A stretch of DNA of 64,000 bases, from the NCBI GenBank assembly GCA_011045955.1, contig DSBV01000095.1:285-64284 (forward strand). The letters are read 5' to 3'. The translations under genes were made by a program, and so were the position numbers. Under the pieces are notes generated by a model. The model was not told the DNA's origin, did not search any database, and saw only the letters and a list, made by a program, of their open reading frames with translations. Position 1 is the stretch's first letter; the number at the start of each line of letters is the position of its first letter. Origin of the DNA: Bacteroidales bacterium. Lineage in GTDB: Bacteria; Bacteroidota; Bacteroidia; Bacteroidales; Tenuifilaceae. Shown here piece by piece: positions 1 to 10,071 of this stretch.

Positions 1-1
1 A

Positions 2-259
2 AGGATCTCCGATTTTAATAGTTTCAAGGATGTCTTTTTAAGGAATTACTCGCACGTTAAGTATTCCGAAGAGAAATCGGCAGTGAAATTTCTTAAAAAC
101 CCAAATTTCATTCGTTGGAAGATTGGTGGAATAGCATACTTAGATACTAAAACTGGAAACATTAAGATTATACTAATACCGAATTCAGGATATTCGCATG
201 CTGCCGATAAATTATTGAATGAGGAAATGAAAAAGCTTAAGGTGTTACTCATAGGATGA
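2..259 (+). CDS. 3' end of a protein truncated by the window edge, unknown function
   Basis: Frame +2 is open from base 2 to TGA 257-259 (RISDFNSFKDVFLRNY...KKLKVLLIG*). It is not in the ORF track because it has no start codon. Same orientation as the downstream genes. Confidence 0.6.
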   Translation, partial: RISDFNSFKDVFLRNYSHVKYSEEKSAVKFLKNPNFIRWKIGGIAYLDTKTGNIKIILIPNSGYSHAADKLLNEEMKKLKVLLIG

Positions 260-293
260 TTTTTATGCTTAAATTAGCGTAAAAATATTTCCG

Positions 294-1043
294 GTGATCT
301 TACTTGTAATTTCCGATTTACATATCGATACCGGCGGTAAGCTAGGAACTTTTGGCTGGAAGACCAAAAGGTTCATGGCTACACTGGATAGTGTAATTGA
401 ACATTACGGTGTAGAGAAAGTTGTTTTGAACGGCGATGTGTTTGACCTTTACAAGTACTCGTTTAAGAAGATTGCCGCTGCAAATGTTAAGATAATAGAT
501 TACTTTAACTGTAGAGGATTTATTCAGATACGCGGGAATCACGACATTTCAGCCCCACACACCCATAACCATTTCCATATCACAAACTCCTCGGGGAAAA
601 CCATTCATATTGAGCATGGGCATAAGGCCGATTTTTTGAATGGAACCCGATTTGGACGATTCCTAAGCACGACCATGTATGCATTTCTGAAACTATTGAT
701 ACGTATTCGGTGGGTGGAACGAACTTTTTATAGAGCTGTGGATTACTTCGACGATGTTAATCGTGTTCCCCGGAAATACAATACCATTAAGTATTTAATG
801 TATGCTCTTCAGCTGCTTAAAAAGTACGATATGGTAATTCTTGGACACACCCATAAGCTCGAATCGCATAAGATATACTACCTGAATAGTAAAAAAATCT
901 ATTTAAACTGTGGCACCTGTTCGCTGGGGCGGCTTCAGGCGGTTGTTGTTGATACCGAAACCTTTAAGTACGAAACCATCAAGATTCCTAAAAAATCGGA
1001 ACTTGAAGTTTCACAATTGCCTATCCTTAAAAGAAAGAAATAG
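294..1043 (+). CDS. Calcineurin-like metallophosphoesterase (LpxH/YbbF-like)
   Basis: Motifs SDLH, LNGD, RGNHD, EHGH and LGHTH in canonical order; GTG start. Confidence 0.85.
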   Translation: MILLVISDLHIDTGGKLGTFGWKTKRFMATLDSVIEHYGVEKVVLNGDVFDLYKYSFKKIAAANVKIIDYFNCRGFIQIRGNHDISAPHTHNHFHITNSSGKTIHIEHGHKADFLNGTRFGRFLSTTMYAFLKLLIRIRWVERTFYRAVDYFDDVNRVPRKYNTIKYLMYALQLLKKYDMVILGHTHKLESHKIYYLNSKKIYLNCGTCSLGRLQAVVVDTETFKYETIKIPKKSELEVSQLPILKRKK

Positions 1044-1207
1044 ACCTTGCAACAATTTGCTTCCAACCATTTTTAACAATCAATTTACATATCTTTTAAG
1101 AGTTTTCCATATATTCGAAAGTATTTTGTGTAACAACTCTTACAGATTTTTAAACTTATTGGTTTTTCAAACGTCATATGTAGGGTTTTACAAATAACAT
1201 TTATGGT

Positions 1208-2548
1208 ATGAAAAAAGCTATTCTTCCCATTCTCGTTTTATCGGTCATTACTTCTACTGTCAATTCACAGGAAACATGGTCGCTTGAGCGCTGTATTGAA
1301 TATGCTCTGGCAAACAATATTCAGGTAAAGCAACAGGAATTGAATGTAAAAGTGAATGAGGTAAACCTGTTGCAATCGAAAATGGAGGCTCTTCCAACTC
1401 TTAATATCAATGGTAATCATTCCTATAGCTTTGGCTTGGTAACAAATTACCTTACTAATACCAAGGAAGCTTTTAATACTCAAGCATCCAGTTTTTCGAT
1501 TAGCACAGGAATGCCAATTTACAATGGCTTTCAGCTGACCAATACCCGTAAACAAAACCAATTTGACCTTAAAGCATCGGTTGCCGACGTGGAAAGGGTT
1601 AAAAATAACATCGCTCTTACAATAGCATCGCTTTACCTGCAAATCCTATATCAGCAGGAATTGGTTGAAATTGCCAAGCGACAGGTTGAGCTATCGAAAA
1701 TGCAACTGGAAAGGACAAAGGTTTTGGTTTCGGCCGGGAGTTTGCCCGAAGGTAACCTCTACGAGGTTGAGGCCCTGGTAGCTTCCGATGAGTTACAACT
1801 TGTAAACGCACAAAATCAGCTTAATCTTTCGTTCCTTAACCTTACCCAACTGCTCGAGCTGAAATCGCCAGAAGGATTTCAAATAGCAAAACCCGTAATA
1901 CCTGCAGTTGACAGCGTTAAACTGATGAATGAAAGTGCTGTTCAGATATTCACCACAGCCGAGGAGATAATGCCTCAAATACAAAGTGCAAGGTATAAGC
2001 TACAAAGCTCAGAGCTTGGGCTTAAGATTGCAAGGGGAGGGTTACAACCCCGGTTATCGCTTGGAGCAAACTATAACTCGGGTGCACAGTATCGTATTCA
2101 GGATAATTACGATTTTACAGGCGATCCATTTTTTACACAAATAAAGAATAATGCCAGTAAATCGATAGGCTTAAGCCTAAGCATTCCCATATTTAATGGC
2201 TTAAGTGCACGAAATAGGGTTTCTACTGCACGAATTGGACTTATGAATGCACAACTTGCGTTGGAAAGCGAGCGGAATGCTTTGTACAAGGATATTCAAC
2301 AAGCCTATGCCGATGCTATAGCTGCCGAAAAAAAACTGCAGGCTTCGCTGAAAAACAAAGCTGCATCGGAGGAGTCGTTCAGGTACAGTCAGAATAAGTT
2401 TAATGTAGGGTTGGTAACTGCTCTTGATTTCACATCAGCCAAAAACAAGTTAGCCCAAGCCGAAACCGATTTGTTACAAGCAAAATATGAACTAATTTTC
2501 AAAACCAAGATACTGGAATTCTACAAGGGATTACCGCTTAAACTTTAA
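1208..2548 (+). CDS. TolC-family outer membrane efflux protein
   Basis: Signal peptide, WSLERCIEYALANN N-terminus, two OEP helical repeats, C-terminal KFNVGLVTALDF..AKNKLAQAE. Confidence 0.92.
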   Translation: MKKAILPILVLSVITSTVNSQETWSLERCIEYALANNIQVKQQELNVKVNEVNLLQSKMEALPTLNINGNHSYSFGLVTNYLTNTKEAFNTQASSFSISTGMPIYNGFQLTNTRKQNQFDLKASVADVERVKNNIALTIASLYLQILYQQELVEIAKRQVELSKMQLERTKVLVSAGSLPEGNLYEVEALVASDELQLVNAQNQLNLSFLNLTQLLELKSPEGFQIAKPVIPAVDSVKLMNESAVQIFTTAEEIMPQIQSARYKLQSSELGLKIARGGLQPRLSLGANYNSGAQYRIQDNYDFTGDPFFTQIKNNASKSIGLSLSIPIFNGLSARNRVSTARIGLMNAQLALESERNALYKDIQQAYADAIAAEKKLQASLKNKAASEESFRYSQNKFNVGLVTALDFTSAKNKLAQAETDLLQAKYELIFKTKILEFYKGLPLKL

Positions 2549-2617
2549 TATTTGATAGTTGACGAATCCTTAAAATAAACGCTAAATTAAAGTAAATAAC
2601 CTATAAATACTAAACCA

Positions 2618-3922
2618 ATGAAAAAGGGACTTCTTAAATACCTGCTTGGAGCATTAGTAATTCTAATCATTTTTTCAATTGTAGCCAAGAAACAGGGCTG
2701 GATTGGTAAACCTTTAACAACTGCTGTGTATGTTGAAAAGCCTGAATACAGAACAATAACTGAGGCGATAACTGCTAACGGAAAAATCCAACCCGAAGTT
2801 GAGGTAAAAATCAGCTCCGAGGTATCGGGCGAAATCATTGAGTTACCCGTAAAAGAAGGGAATTGGGTTGAAAAGGGAACCTTGCTTTGTCGAATCAAAC
2901 CCGATACCTACATTTCGCTAAAGGAAAGAGCAATTGCAGCCGTTAATTCAGCTAACGCAAGGTTAATTCAGGCAAAAGCGCAACTTGCGCAGTCGGAGTT
3001 GTCGTTCAATAGAAGCAAACAGCTGTATGAACAAAAGGCAATATCGGAGTCGGAGTTTGAAACGGCACGAACTAACTATGAAGTTGCACAAGCTGAGCTA
3101 AAAGCAGCCAATTACAGTGTTGAAAGTGCTCAGGCATCGCTGCGCGAAGCCGAGGAAAATCTTCGCAAAACTACCATATACGCACCCATATCGGGGACAG
3201 TTTCAAAGCTTAATGTTGAGCTTGGTGAGCGTGTGGTTGGAACCATTCAAATGGCCGGAACGGAAATTATGCGAATTGCCAACCTAAACCGAATGGAGGC
3301 AAGGGTTAACGTTAACGAGAACGATATTGTAAAGGTTAAAATTGCCGACACTGCACTAATTGAGGTAGATGCATATCAAGGGCGTAAATTCAAAGGGGTA
3401 GTAACGCAAATTGCTAATACTGCTAATGTTCAAGGAATTACAACCGACCAGGTTACTAACTTCGAGGTGCGAATATTTATTCTTGAAAAATCATATAAGG
3501 ATCTTCTCACCAGTACACAAACCAGCCCATTCCGACCAGGAATGTCTACTACCGTTGAAATTCTTACAAACACAAAGGAGAACGTGCTAACCATTCCTAT
3601 ACTTGCCGTTACAACCCGAATTGATGAAATAAAGAAAACTGGTGAATTGGAAAAGGTAGAAAATAAAACCCAATCCGAAGAAACCAAACCAACCAGGTTA
3701 GAAAAACCTAAAGAGATTGTATTTATAGCTAAAGGCGATACAGCCCGAATTGTTGAGGTAACGACAGGAATTCAGGATAACCAATATATTGAGATTATTG
3801 AAGGGCTAAAAGGCGATGAGGAGATAATTACCGCACCCTATAGCGCGATTTCGCGTAAACTGAAGGATAAGTCGTTAATCAGAAAGGTTAAAAATAAAGA
3901 AGAACTGTTCAAATCCGAGTAG
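2618..3922 (+). CDS. Efflux periplasmic adaptor (MFP, HlyD/MacA-like)
   Basis: N-terminal TM anchor, lipoyl half motifs (GEIIELPVKEGNWVEKG; IYAPISGTV) flanking a coiled-coil hairpin, FRPGMS motif. Confidence 0.92.
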   Translation: MKKGLLKYLLGALVILIIFSIVAKKQGWIGKPLTTAVYVEKPEYRTITEAITANGKIQPEVEVKISSEVSGEIIELPVKEGNWVEKGTLLCRIKPDTYISLKERAIAAVNSANARLIQAKAQLAQSELSFNRSKQLYEQKAISESEFETARTNYEVAQAELKAANYSVESAQASLREAEENLRKTTIYAPISGTVSKLNVELGERVVGTIQMAGTEIMRIANLNRMEARVNVNENDIVKVKIADTALIEVDAYQGRKFKGVVTQIANTANVQGITTDQVTNFEVRIFILEKSYKDLLTSTQTSPFRPGMSTTVEILTNTKENVLTIPILAVTTRIDEIKKTGELEKVENKTQSEETKPTRLEKPKEIVFIAKGDTARIVEVTTGIQDNQYIEIIEGLKGDEEIITAPYSAISRKLKDKSLIRKVKNKEELFKSE

Positions 3923-3936
3923 TCAATTTTTTAAGA

Positions 3937-4632
3937 ATGATAAAAGTACTTTGCATTGAGACTGGAACATCTGTTTGTTCAGTTGCAATAGGTGATGAAA
4001 ACGGATTACTTGGGGTCAGAGAGATTTCTGACCCCAAAGCACATTCAACCCAACTGCCAACTCTTATTAACGAGGTTTTTAACTTAGCCAGTTTAACGGC
4101 AAAGCAAATTAATGCCGTTGCAGTAAGTAAAGGACCAGGTTCATATACTGGCCTTAGAATAGGAGTTTCCATGGCAAAAGGTATATGCTACACCGCCAGG
4201 GTTCCACTTATAGGAGTGGAAAGCCTACAAGCAATGGCTACGGGTTTAATACTATCAAACTCCGATTTGCCTGCCAATGCATTGCTTTGCCCCATGATAG
4301 ATGCGCGACGCATGGAGGTTTACAGTGCGCTCTATAATCTTGAAGGCAAACTCGTTTCCGATGTTAAAGCTGTTGTTGTTGATGATAGCTCTTTTGCAGA
4401 ATATCTTAAAGACCATATAATTATATTCTTTGGAAATGGCTCATCCAAGTGCAAGGATGTAATTAAAAGTGAAAATGCTATATTTATCAATGGTTTTGAG
4501 CCTTCGGCACGCTTTATGCTGCCCTTGGCATTAAAAGCATACATCAATGAAGAATTTGAAGATATTGCCTATTTTGAACCCTTTTACCTTAAGGATTTTG
4601 TGGCAACTACACCAAAGAATAAGATTTTTTAG
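3937..4632 (+). CDS. tsaB: tRNA t6A biosynthesis protein TsaB
   Basis: LCIETGTSVCSVA, VAVSKGPGSYTGLRIG, PMIDARRMEVY, C-terminal FEPFYLKDF. Confidence 0.95.
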   Translation: MIKVLCIETGTSVCSVAIGDENGLLGVREISDPKAHSTQLPTLINEVFNLASLTAKQINAVAVSKGPGSYTGLRIGVSMAKGICYTARVPLIGVESLQAMATGLILSNSDLPANALLCPMIDARRMEVYSALYNLEGKLVSDVKAVVVDDSSFAEYLKDHIIIFFGNGSSKCKDVIKSENAIFINGFEPSARFMLPLALKAYINEEFEDIAYFEPFYLKDFVATTPKNKIF

Positions 4633-4654
4633 GCGAGTTAGTGTAATTTCGTTT

Positions 4655-5416
4655 ATGTTTTTTATCGTTTTAAATTTCAACCTTTACGCTCAGAATGGAA
4701 CTAAAGCCTTTGTTGACGGAGAAAAGTTAAAGTACCAAATTTATTACGGATTTATTAAAGGCGGTGAGGCTGTGCTGCAGGTTAACAAAAAAATTTTTAA
4801 TAATAAGCCAGCCTTCCATTTATATCTTAATGGCCGTACAGTAGGAATAGCCAATACCCTTTACAATGTGAACGATACCTACGAGAGCTATACCGACCCA
4901 GTTACGCATTGGCCTTATTACTCAATCAGGAATATTCACGAAGGGCGTTACCGGCATTACAGCACCCAAACCTGGGATCACTGGAGCCGACCCGATTCTT
5001 CCATTGTAATAAGTTCCAAAACCGGCAAGGTGGTCGTGGTTAAAGGGTGCCAGGATATTCTTTCATCGGTTTACTACCTCAGAAATAAGATGCTAACCAT
5101 GCCACCGCTAAAGCCTGATCAAACCATTACAATTGATACCTATTTCACCGATGAAAAATACCCTCTAATCATCCGTTTTAAAGGATATGAAACCATAAAA
5201 ACAAATTTTGGCATGGTAAAGTGCATGAAGTTTATGCCTGTTGTTATAACCGGTAGGGTTTTTAAAACCAAGAACGACATGACCATATGGTTTTCCAACG
5301 ACTCAAACTTTATCCCAATCAGAATTAAGTTCAATATTTTTGTTGGCTCTGTTTACGCCGATTTAATTGAGTATAAAGGGTTCGCTAATGAATTTACAGC
5401 GCTTGAAAAGAAGTAA
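4655..5416 (+). CDS. DUF3108-like secreted/outer membrane beta protein
   Basis: GEKLKYQIYYGFIKGGEA at the N-terminus and WFSNDSNFIPIRIKF at the C-terminus. First ATG at 4655; the true start is uncertain because the track start at 4547 overlaps tsaB. Confidence 0.7.
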   Translation: MFFIVLNFNLYAQNGTKAFVDGEKLKYQIYYGFIKGGEAVLQVNKKIFNNKPAFHLYLNGRTVGIANTLYNVNDTYESYTDPVTHWPYYSIRNIHEGRYRHYSTQTWDHWSRPDSSIVISSKTGKVVVVKGCQDILSSVYYLRNKMLTMPPLKPDQTITIDTYFTDEKYPLIIRFKGYETIKTNFGMVKCMKFMPVVITGRVFKTKNDMTIWFSNDSNFIPIRIKFNIFVGSVYADLIEYKGFANEFTALEKK

Positions 5417-5562
5417 AGTATTGACTGATACCCCTTTTTTATTTCAAATGCAGCAAGTGGAAGTATTTGCCACACTCAGTTTTAGTTCCCCTTTTGATAA
5501 GTTTAACTGTTAATTATTTGTTTTTCTATTGAATAATATCGGTACATTATTTTCAATTTTAC

Positions 5563-5570
5563 TATATTTG
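5563..5570 (+). promoter_or_regulatory. Bacteroidota sigma -7 element upstream of efp
   Basis: TATATTTG followed by CA matches the TAnnTTTG consensus, 25 nt before the efp ATG. Confidence 0.6.
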
Positions 5571-5594
5571 CAACCCATTGTAAAATAGAAATAT

Positions 5595-6161
5595 ATGGCA
5601 ACTACAGCGGATTTCAAGAACGGACTATTTATTTTATTCAACGGAAAAATTTACACCATCGTTCAATTTCAGCATGTAAAACCCGGCAAAGGGGGGGCAT
5701 TTGTTCGCACAAAGCTTAAAAATATTGAGAACGGAAAAGTAATAGAGAACACCTTTAATGCAGGGGTAAAAATAGATGTTGTTAGGGTTGAGCGTAGGCC
5801 TTATCAATTCCTATATAAGGACGAGTTGGGTTATCATTTCATGCACCAGGAAACCTTTGAGCAAGTATCGCTTGATGAGTACAAGATTGAGAACCCTGAT
5901 TTACTCAAAGAGGGACAGTATGTTGAAATGATGGTTGAGGCCGATAATGAGAATATTCTTACCTGTGAACTGCCACCATTTGTAGAAATGGAGGTAACAT
6001 ACACTGAGCCCGGGCTAAAAGGCGATACCGCATCGTCAACTGCACTTAAACCCGCAACTGTTGAAACTGGAGCCGTAATAAACGTTCCGCTTTTTATAAA
6101 CATAGGCGATAAAATTAAAATAGATACCCGTACAAGGGAGTACTCGGAAAGGGTAAAGTAA
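5595..6161 (+). CDS. efp: Translation elongation factor P
   Basis: [48 protein letters not shown]. Confidence 0.98.
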   Translation: MATTADFKNGLFILFNGKIYTIVQFQHVKPGKGGAFVRTKLKNIENGKVIENTFNAGVKIDVVRVERRPYQFLYKDELGYHFMHQETFEQVSLDEYKIENPDLLKEGQYVEMMVEADNENILTCELPPFVEMEVTYTEPGLKGDTASSTALKPATVETGAVINVPLFINIGDKIKIDTRTREYSERVK

Positions 6162-6198
6162 TTTTTGAAAATTAGTTAGCCTACTATTGTTTTATTCT

Positions 6199-6206
6199 TA
6201 ATTTTG
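6199..6206 (+). promoter_or_regulatory. Bacteroidota -7 element upstream of the PP2C phosphatase
   Basis: TAATTTTG followed by CA. Confidence 0.45.
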
Positions 6207-6260
6207 CACTAACTTATTCCTTTTTTGGAATAAGTTATTTTTTTAGGATAAAACTACTAT

Positions 6261-7484
6261 ATGTCGATAACCGCCTCGCAAAACAGGCTAAAACTGAGTA
6301 CGTTTAAACTAAACGCGCTCCTGGGTATGGCACAGGCTATAAGCGCTGAGTTGAAAACCGAGGAGCTTATCGACAGGTTTAAGCGTATCCTAAACGACGA
6401 TTTAGGTATCGACAGGATATTGCTTTACAAGATAGAGGAGGGCAAGTGGCAACTGCTACTTAATAGCAATTGCCCCGATATGGTTGTTGAGAATATCAAC
6501 GTAGAGCGTGATTTACTTCCCTTTAACGAGATCACTTTTGTTGGAGTATCGGAAAATCCCATACTACTTGAGCTCGATGTAATAATACCAGTAATTCAGA
6601 ATAATCAACCGGTGGGGTATGTGCTGATAGGCGATACTAATGAGTATGAGAAAGGAGTAAGCGCAACCATACGCCATTTGAACTTTGTTCAAACCCTCTC
6701 AATCATCATTTTTGTTGCCATAGAGAACCTGCGTTTATTCCATAAAAGCTTGGAGCAGGAGGCAATGCGTAAGGAGCTGGAACTCGCCTCGCGCATGCAG
6801 TCGATGCTTATTCCTTCGCCTTCCGATATGCCCAAATTCCACGGTGTTTGCATAGGATCATACTATAGCCCGCACTTTGAGGTAGGAGGCGATTACTACG
6901 ATGTTATTTCCCTTAGCCCTAACGATCTGGGTTTCTGTATAGCCGATGTCTCGGGTAAAGGTATTTCGGCTGCTTTTCTAATGTCAAACTTCCAGGCAAA
7001 CCTAAGGGCATTATTCAGTAAGGATATTAGCCTTTCAGCGTTGGTTGAGAAACTCAACGAGAGGGTTATGGCCACTGCCAAAGGCGAAAAGTTTATTACC
7101 ATGTTTATTGGCCGCTATAACAACCAAACCCGAAAGCTGGAATATGTTAATGCAGGACACAATCCTCCCTTCATGTTTGTCCGTAATTCAGGTAAAATAA
7201 TTCAACTTTCATCCGGATGTGTTGGGTTGGGAATGATTGATGATATTCCTATTATCAATCAGGGCGTTCTAAATATAGATGAACCAAGCACTTTGCTTTG
7301 TTACACCGATGGACTTGTGGAAACCATTGATGGCGATACGGTGGTTTACAACACAAGTATTTTAGAAAAGAACTTTTCGCGAAATCAGAATGTGCAGCAA
7401 ATAATAAACACCGTTGCTCAGGAGAGGGATTCGGATGCAGATGTTTTTGATGATATTTCGATTCTAGGTTTTGATTTTAAATAA
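6261..7484 (+). CDS. RsbU/SpoIIE-type PP2C phosphatase with N-terminal GAF-like domain
   Basis: ELELASRMQSML, VGGDYYD, CIADVSGKG, YVNAGHNPP, YTDGLVE, DDISIL. Confidence 0.9.
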   Translation: MSITASQNRLKLSTFKLNALLGMAQAISAELKTEELIDRFKRILNDDLGIDRILLYKIEEGKWQLLLNSNCPDMVVENINVERDLLPFNEITFVGVSENPILLELDVIIPVIQNNQPVGYVLIGDTNEYEKGVSATIRHLNFVQTLSIIIFVAIENLRLFHKSLEQEAMRKELELASRMQSMLIPSPSDMPKFHGVCIGSYYSPHFEVGGDYYDVISLSPNDLGFCIADVSGKGISAAFLMSNFQANLRALFSKDISLSALVEKLNERVMATAKGEKFITMFIGRYNNQTRKLEYVNAGHNPPFMFVRNSGKIIQLSSGCVGLGMIDDIPIINQGVLNIDEPSTLLCYTDGLVETIDGDTVVYNTSILEKNFSRNQNVQQIINTVAQERDSDADVFDDISILGFDFK

Positions 7485-8914
7485 AAGTACTCCATGGCCA
7501 AGATTAAAGCAGCATAACCCCAGAAAAGAACTGCAACCTTGTCCATATCCAGAAAATTATTCAAAAAACCATGCACAACATAGGTTATTAGCCCATGTAA
7601 TACGCCTAATAAGATTACCCTATCGGCGCTTTTGGGTTTTAACTTTAAAGCCAGGTTAAACCCTTTGTAAAATAGGAGTACAATAATAAGGATAAATGCA
7701 AAAGCAGCGGGAAGGCCCGCCTCCGAGAGCAGTCCTAAATATTCGCTATGGGCATTCCCTTTTAGTCCAAGGTTTGAACTCTCCCGGGTTTTAAGATACG
7801 AAGCCTGGTAGGGTGCATACTGGAACATGTAAGTGCCTGGGCCCCAACCTAGCAGTGGCTTTTCCTCAAACATCCTAATAGCCGACGTCCAGCGGTTAAG
7901 GCGTTCCACGTTCGATTCATCGGTTCGGATATTGGCAATGGAGCTAATATGCTTTCTGATATCGCCGCTCGATGCGGTTTTGTGCTGGTTTAACCAAATC
8001 AGAATGCTGTCCTGAAAATAAAATATCGACCCCAAAAAAAGGATTGCCAGTAGAACCAGGTATCGAAGTCGAATTTTAAGCAACCATACAACCCACACTG
8101 CCACTGCCACCATTAAGCTTAGCCAGGCCGCTCTGGTGTACGAAAGCACAAAGGCTACTATGAGAACTATTGTTAATGCAAGAAAAAATATTTTCCACTT
8201 TGCTGATATGGATGAAATGAATAGTGCAATACTTACTGGAATTAGCAAAGCTAATACTGCTGCGTATGAAGTATGGTCAGTGAAGAAGGGATTGCAGGAC
8301 CCATGTGCTACAAACTTATTGAACAAACCATTTTCCCACTGTTTTGATAGCGTTATTGCAATTACTGCAAGCAAACCTATAGTGTAGAAAGTAATAATTC
8401 TTTTGAATGTAATAGTTCCCTTAACAAGTAGAATGAAGGGGAGATAAAAAAGAACAATAAAGTAAAGTGTTTTGATAATCAAATATTTAATGGAAACCAA
8501 TGGGATTGAACTGGTAACCGAAGTAATGGCTATCCATCCAAAAAAAAAGTAAATGGTTAGCAGTATAGGATGCCAAGAAAACCAACGGTTTTGATGATTT
8601 TTTGATGAAAGCATAATCAGGGTAACCGGAGCTAATGCCACAAGCATCAACTCCGATGGTAACCAGAGATCAATGGATATTTCCTGGAAAAATTCCGATA
8701 GAGGAATGGAGAGGGGGCTTAAGATTAGGTATGCCAAGTAGAATTTTAGGGGGAAAGAGAGGTAAACCATTAAAATGATAAACACAATGGGTAGAATTAC
8801 ATAAAAATTGCGCTCGGTTCCTATCAGGATAGCATTTATTAAAATGAAGGTAATGCTGGAAATAATTATCCATTTATCTTTAATAAGGCTTAATATCGAT
8901 TTAATGACATCCAT
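7418..8914 (-). CDS. O-antigen ligase/polymerase family membrane protein
   Basis: Multi-TM protein; SYTRAAWLSL, SNVERLNRW, PLLGWGPG, NAHSEYLGLLSEAG. Confidence 0.85.
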   Translation of the reverse strand: MDVIKSILSLIKDKWIIISSITFILINAILIGTERNFYVILPIVFIILMVYLSFPLKFYLAYLILSPLSIPLSEFFQEISIDLWLPSELMLVALAPVTLIMLSSKNHQNRWFSWHPILLTIYFFFGWIAITSVTSSIPLVSIKYLIIKTLYFIVLFYLPFILLVKGTITFKRIITFYTIGLLAVIAITLSKQWENGLFNKFVAHGSCNPFFTDHTSYAAVLALLIPVSIALFISSISAKWKIFFLALTIVLIVAFVLSYTRAAWLSLMVAVAVWVVWLLKIRLRYLVLLAILFLGSIFYFQDSILIWLNQHKTASSGDIRKHISSIANIRTDESNVERLNRWTSAIRMFEEKPLLGWGPGTYMFQYAPYQASYLKTRESSNLGLKGNAHSEYLGLLSEAGLPAAFAFILIIVLLFYKGFNLALKLKPKSADRVILLGVLHGLITYVVHGFLNNFLDMDKVAVLFWGYAALILAMEYFYLKSKPRIEISSKTSASESLS

Positions 8915-8947
8915 TAAAGGGGTAGTAGTTGAACCTGTAAAAGATAT

Positions 8948-9958
8948 CTACAATTCTTTTTTTAAGCGCTTTAGGTATTGCTGAAGGAATAGCAAGAAAA
9001 TAGCGAAAATTATTGCCGATAAGGTTGATGTTATAACAATTACAGTACGCTTTGGATAGGCCTTTTTATCGGGTATATCGGCATGGTCGATGATGAATTG
9101 GGTTGGTATTTCCTGGTTTGCCTCAATTCTGGCAACAACTATGCTTTTTCGTAACTCATTTAAACGTTCAGTTAAATCTTTAATTTCTCCAGCGTAACGT
9201 ATACTCTTTGCGCCATGATCGCTAAATCGATACAACTCATTTTTCAATTTTTTGAGGTGAGCATTATCTGCTTTTAGTAATGCATTTATGTACTCCTTGT
9301 AGAACACGGTTGCCTGTCGTTTGGGGTTAATAGCCCCGTTAGATATGGCAAGTGCTAACGAATCCTGTAAGTTATTTAAATCATGTTCAACCATAGCAAA
9401 TTGCTTTTCCAATGCCTTTAAGGCATTAACAGCCACTTGTGCTTTAATGGAACGCATAAGGCTATCGGAATACTCAACCACTGTGTTTACAATATTGGCA
9501 GCCCACTCAGGGTCGCGATCCATAACTTCAATGTTGATGCTTTGGTAACGAGTGGGTTTTATTTTGATTTGTTTATCAAATTTTTTGTAGCTCTTAAATC
9601 TGCTCCCCTTTAATGTGGAGTCGATACCCCAGTGATGCCGAAGGTTTAGCCTTGAAATCACTTTATCCTTTAATGTTCGAGAACTTAATACCTGGAGGAA
9701 TTGTTCCATTTCCTCGGTTTCGCCAAAGGTTGTTAAACCTTCCTGTTTATTTTCGGTAATTAGCTCCTTTGATACCTGATTTGCCACTGGTGGGAATATG
9801 GTAGCCGTGGCTTTAAATTGATTTTTTATTAAAAGCGAAACAGCAGTGGAGATTACTACCGCAAGAATTCCTACAATAATTATAGTTTTTCGGCCATCCC
9901 AAATGGTTTGAGCAATGGAAAGCATTGATTTGTCCATGCTAATATCGTTGTTGTCCAT
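8948..9958 (-). CDS. Wzz-like polysaccharide chain-length determinant
   Basis: Two terminal TM helices around a periplasmic coiled coil; C-terminal IIDHADIPDKKAYPKR before TM2. Confidence 0.85.
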   Translation of the reverse strand: MDNNDISMDKSMLSIAQTIWDGRKTIIIVGILAVVISTAVSLLIKNQFKATATIFPPVANQVSKELITENKQEGLTTFGETEEMEQFLQVLSSRTLKDKVISRLNLRHHWGIDSTLKGSRFKSYKKFDKQIKIKPTRYQSINIEVMDRDPEWAANIVNTVVEYSDSLMRSIKAQVAVNALKALEKQFAMVEHDLNNLQDSLALAISNGAINPKRQATVFYKEYINALLKADNAHLKKLKNELYRFSDHGAKSIRYAGEIKDLTERLNELRKSIVVARIEANQEIPTQFIIDHADIPDKKAYPKRTVIVITSTLSAIIFAIFLLFLQQYLKRLKKEL

Positions 9959-10011
9959 AGCTAAAAAGTTTATCTAATGTTCAAATTTCATGGTTTGCCT
10001 AAAGAAAATCA

Positions 10012-10043
10012 AAGGCTTGCCATAAAACCATGTTGCAAGCCTT
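10012..10043 (-). terminator. Putative intrinsic terminator after tyrS
   Basis: Inverted repeat AAGGCTTGC...GCAAGCCTT, 28 nt past the tyrS stop. Confidence 0.5.
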
Positions 10044-10071
10044 CAAAGATTTTCCATAATATATAACGGAA

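Noticed and set aside
46-252. Track ORF of 68 aa on the minus strand
   Set aside because: It is the shadow of an open plus-strand frame (2-259) that is co-oriented with the downstream genes.
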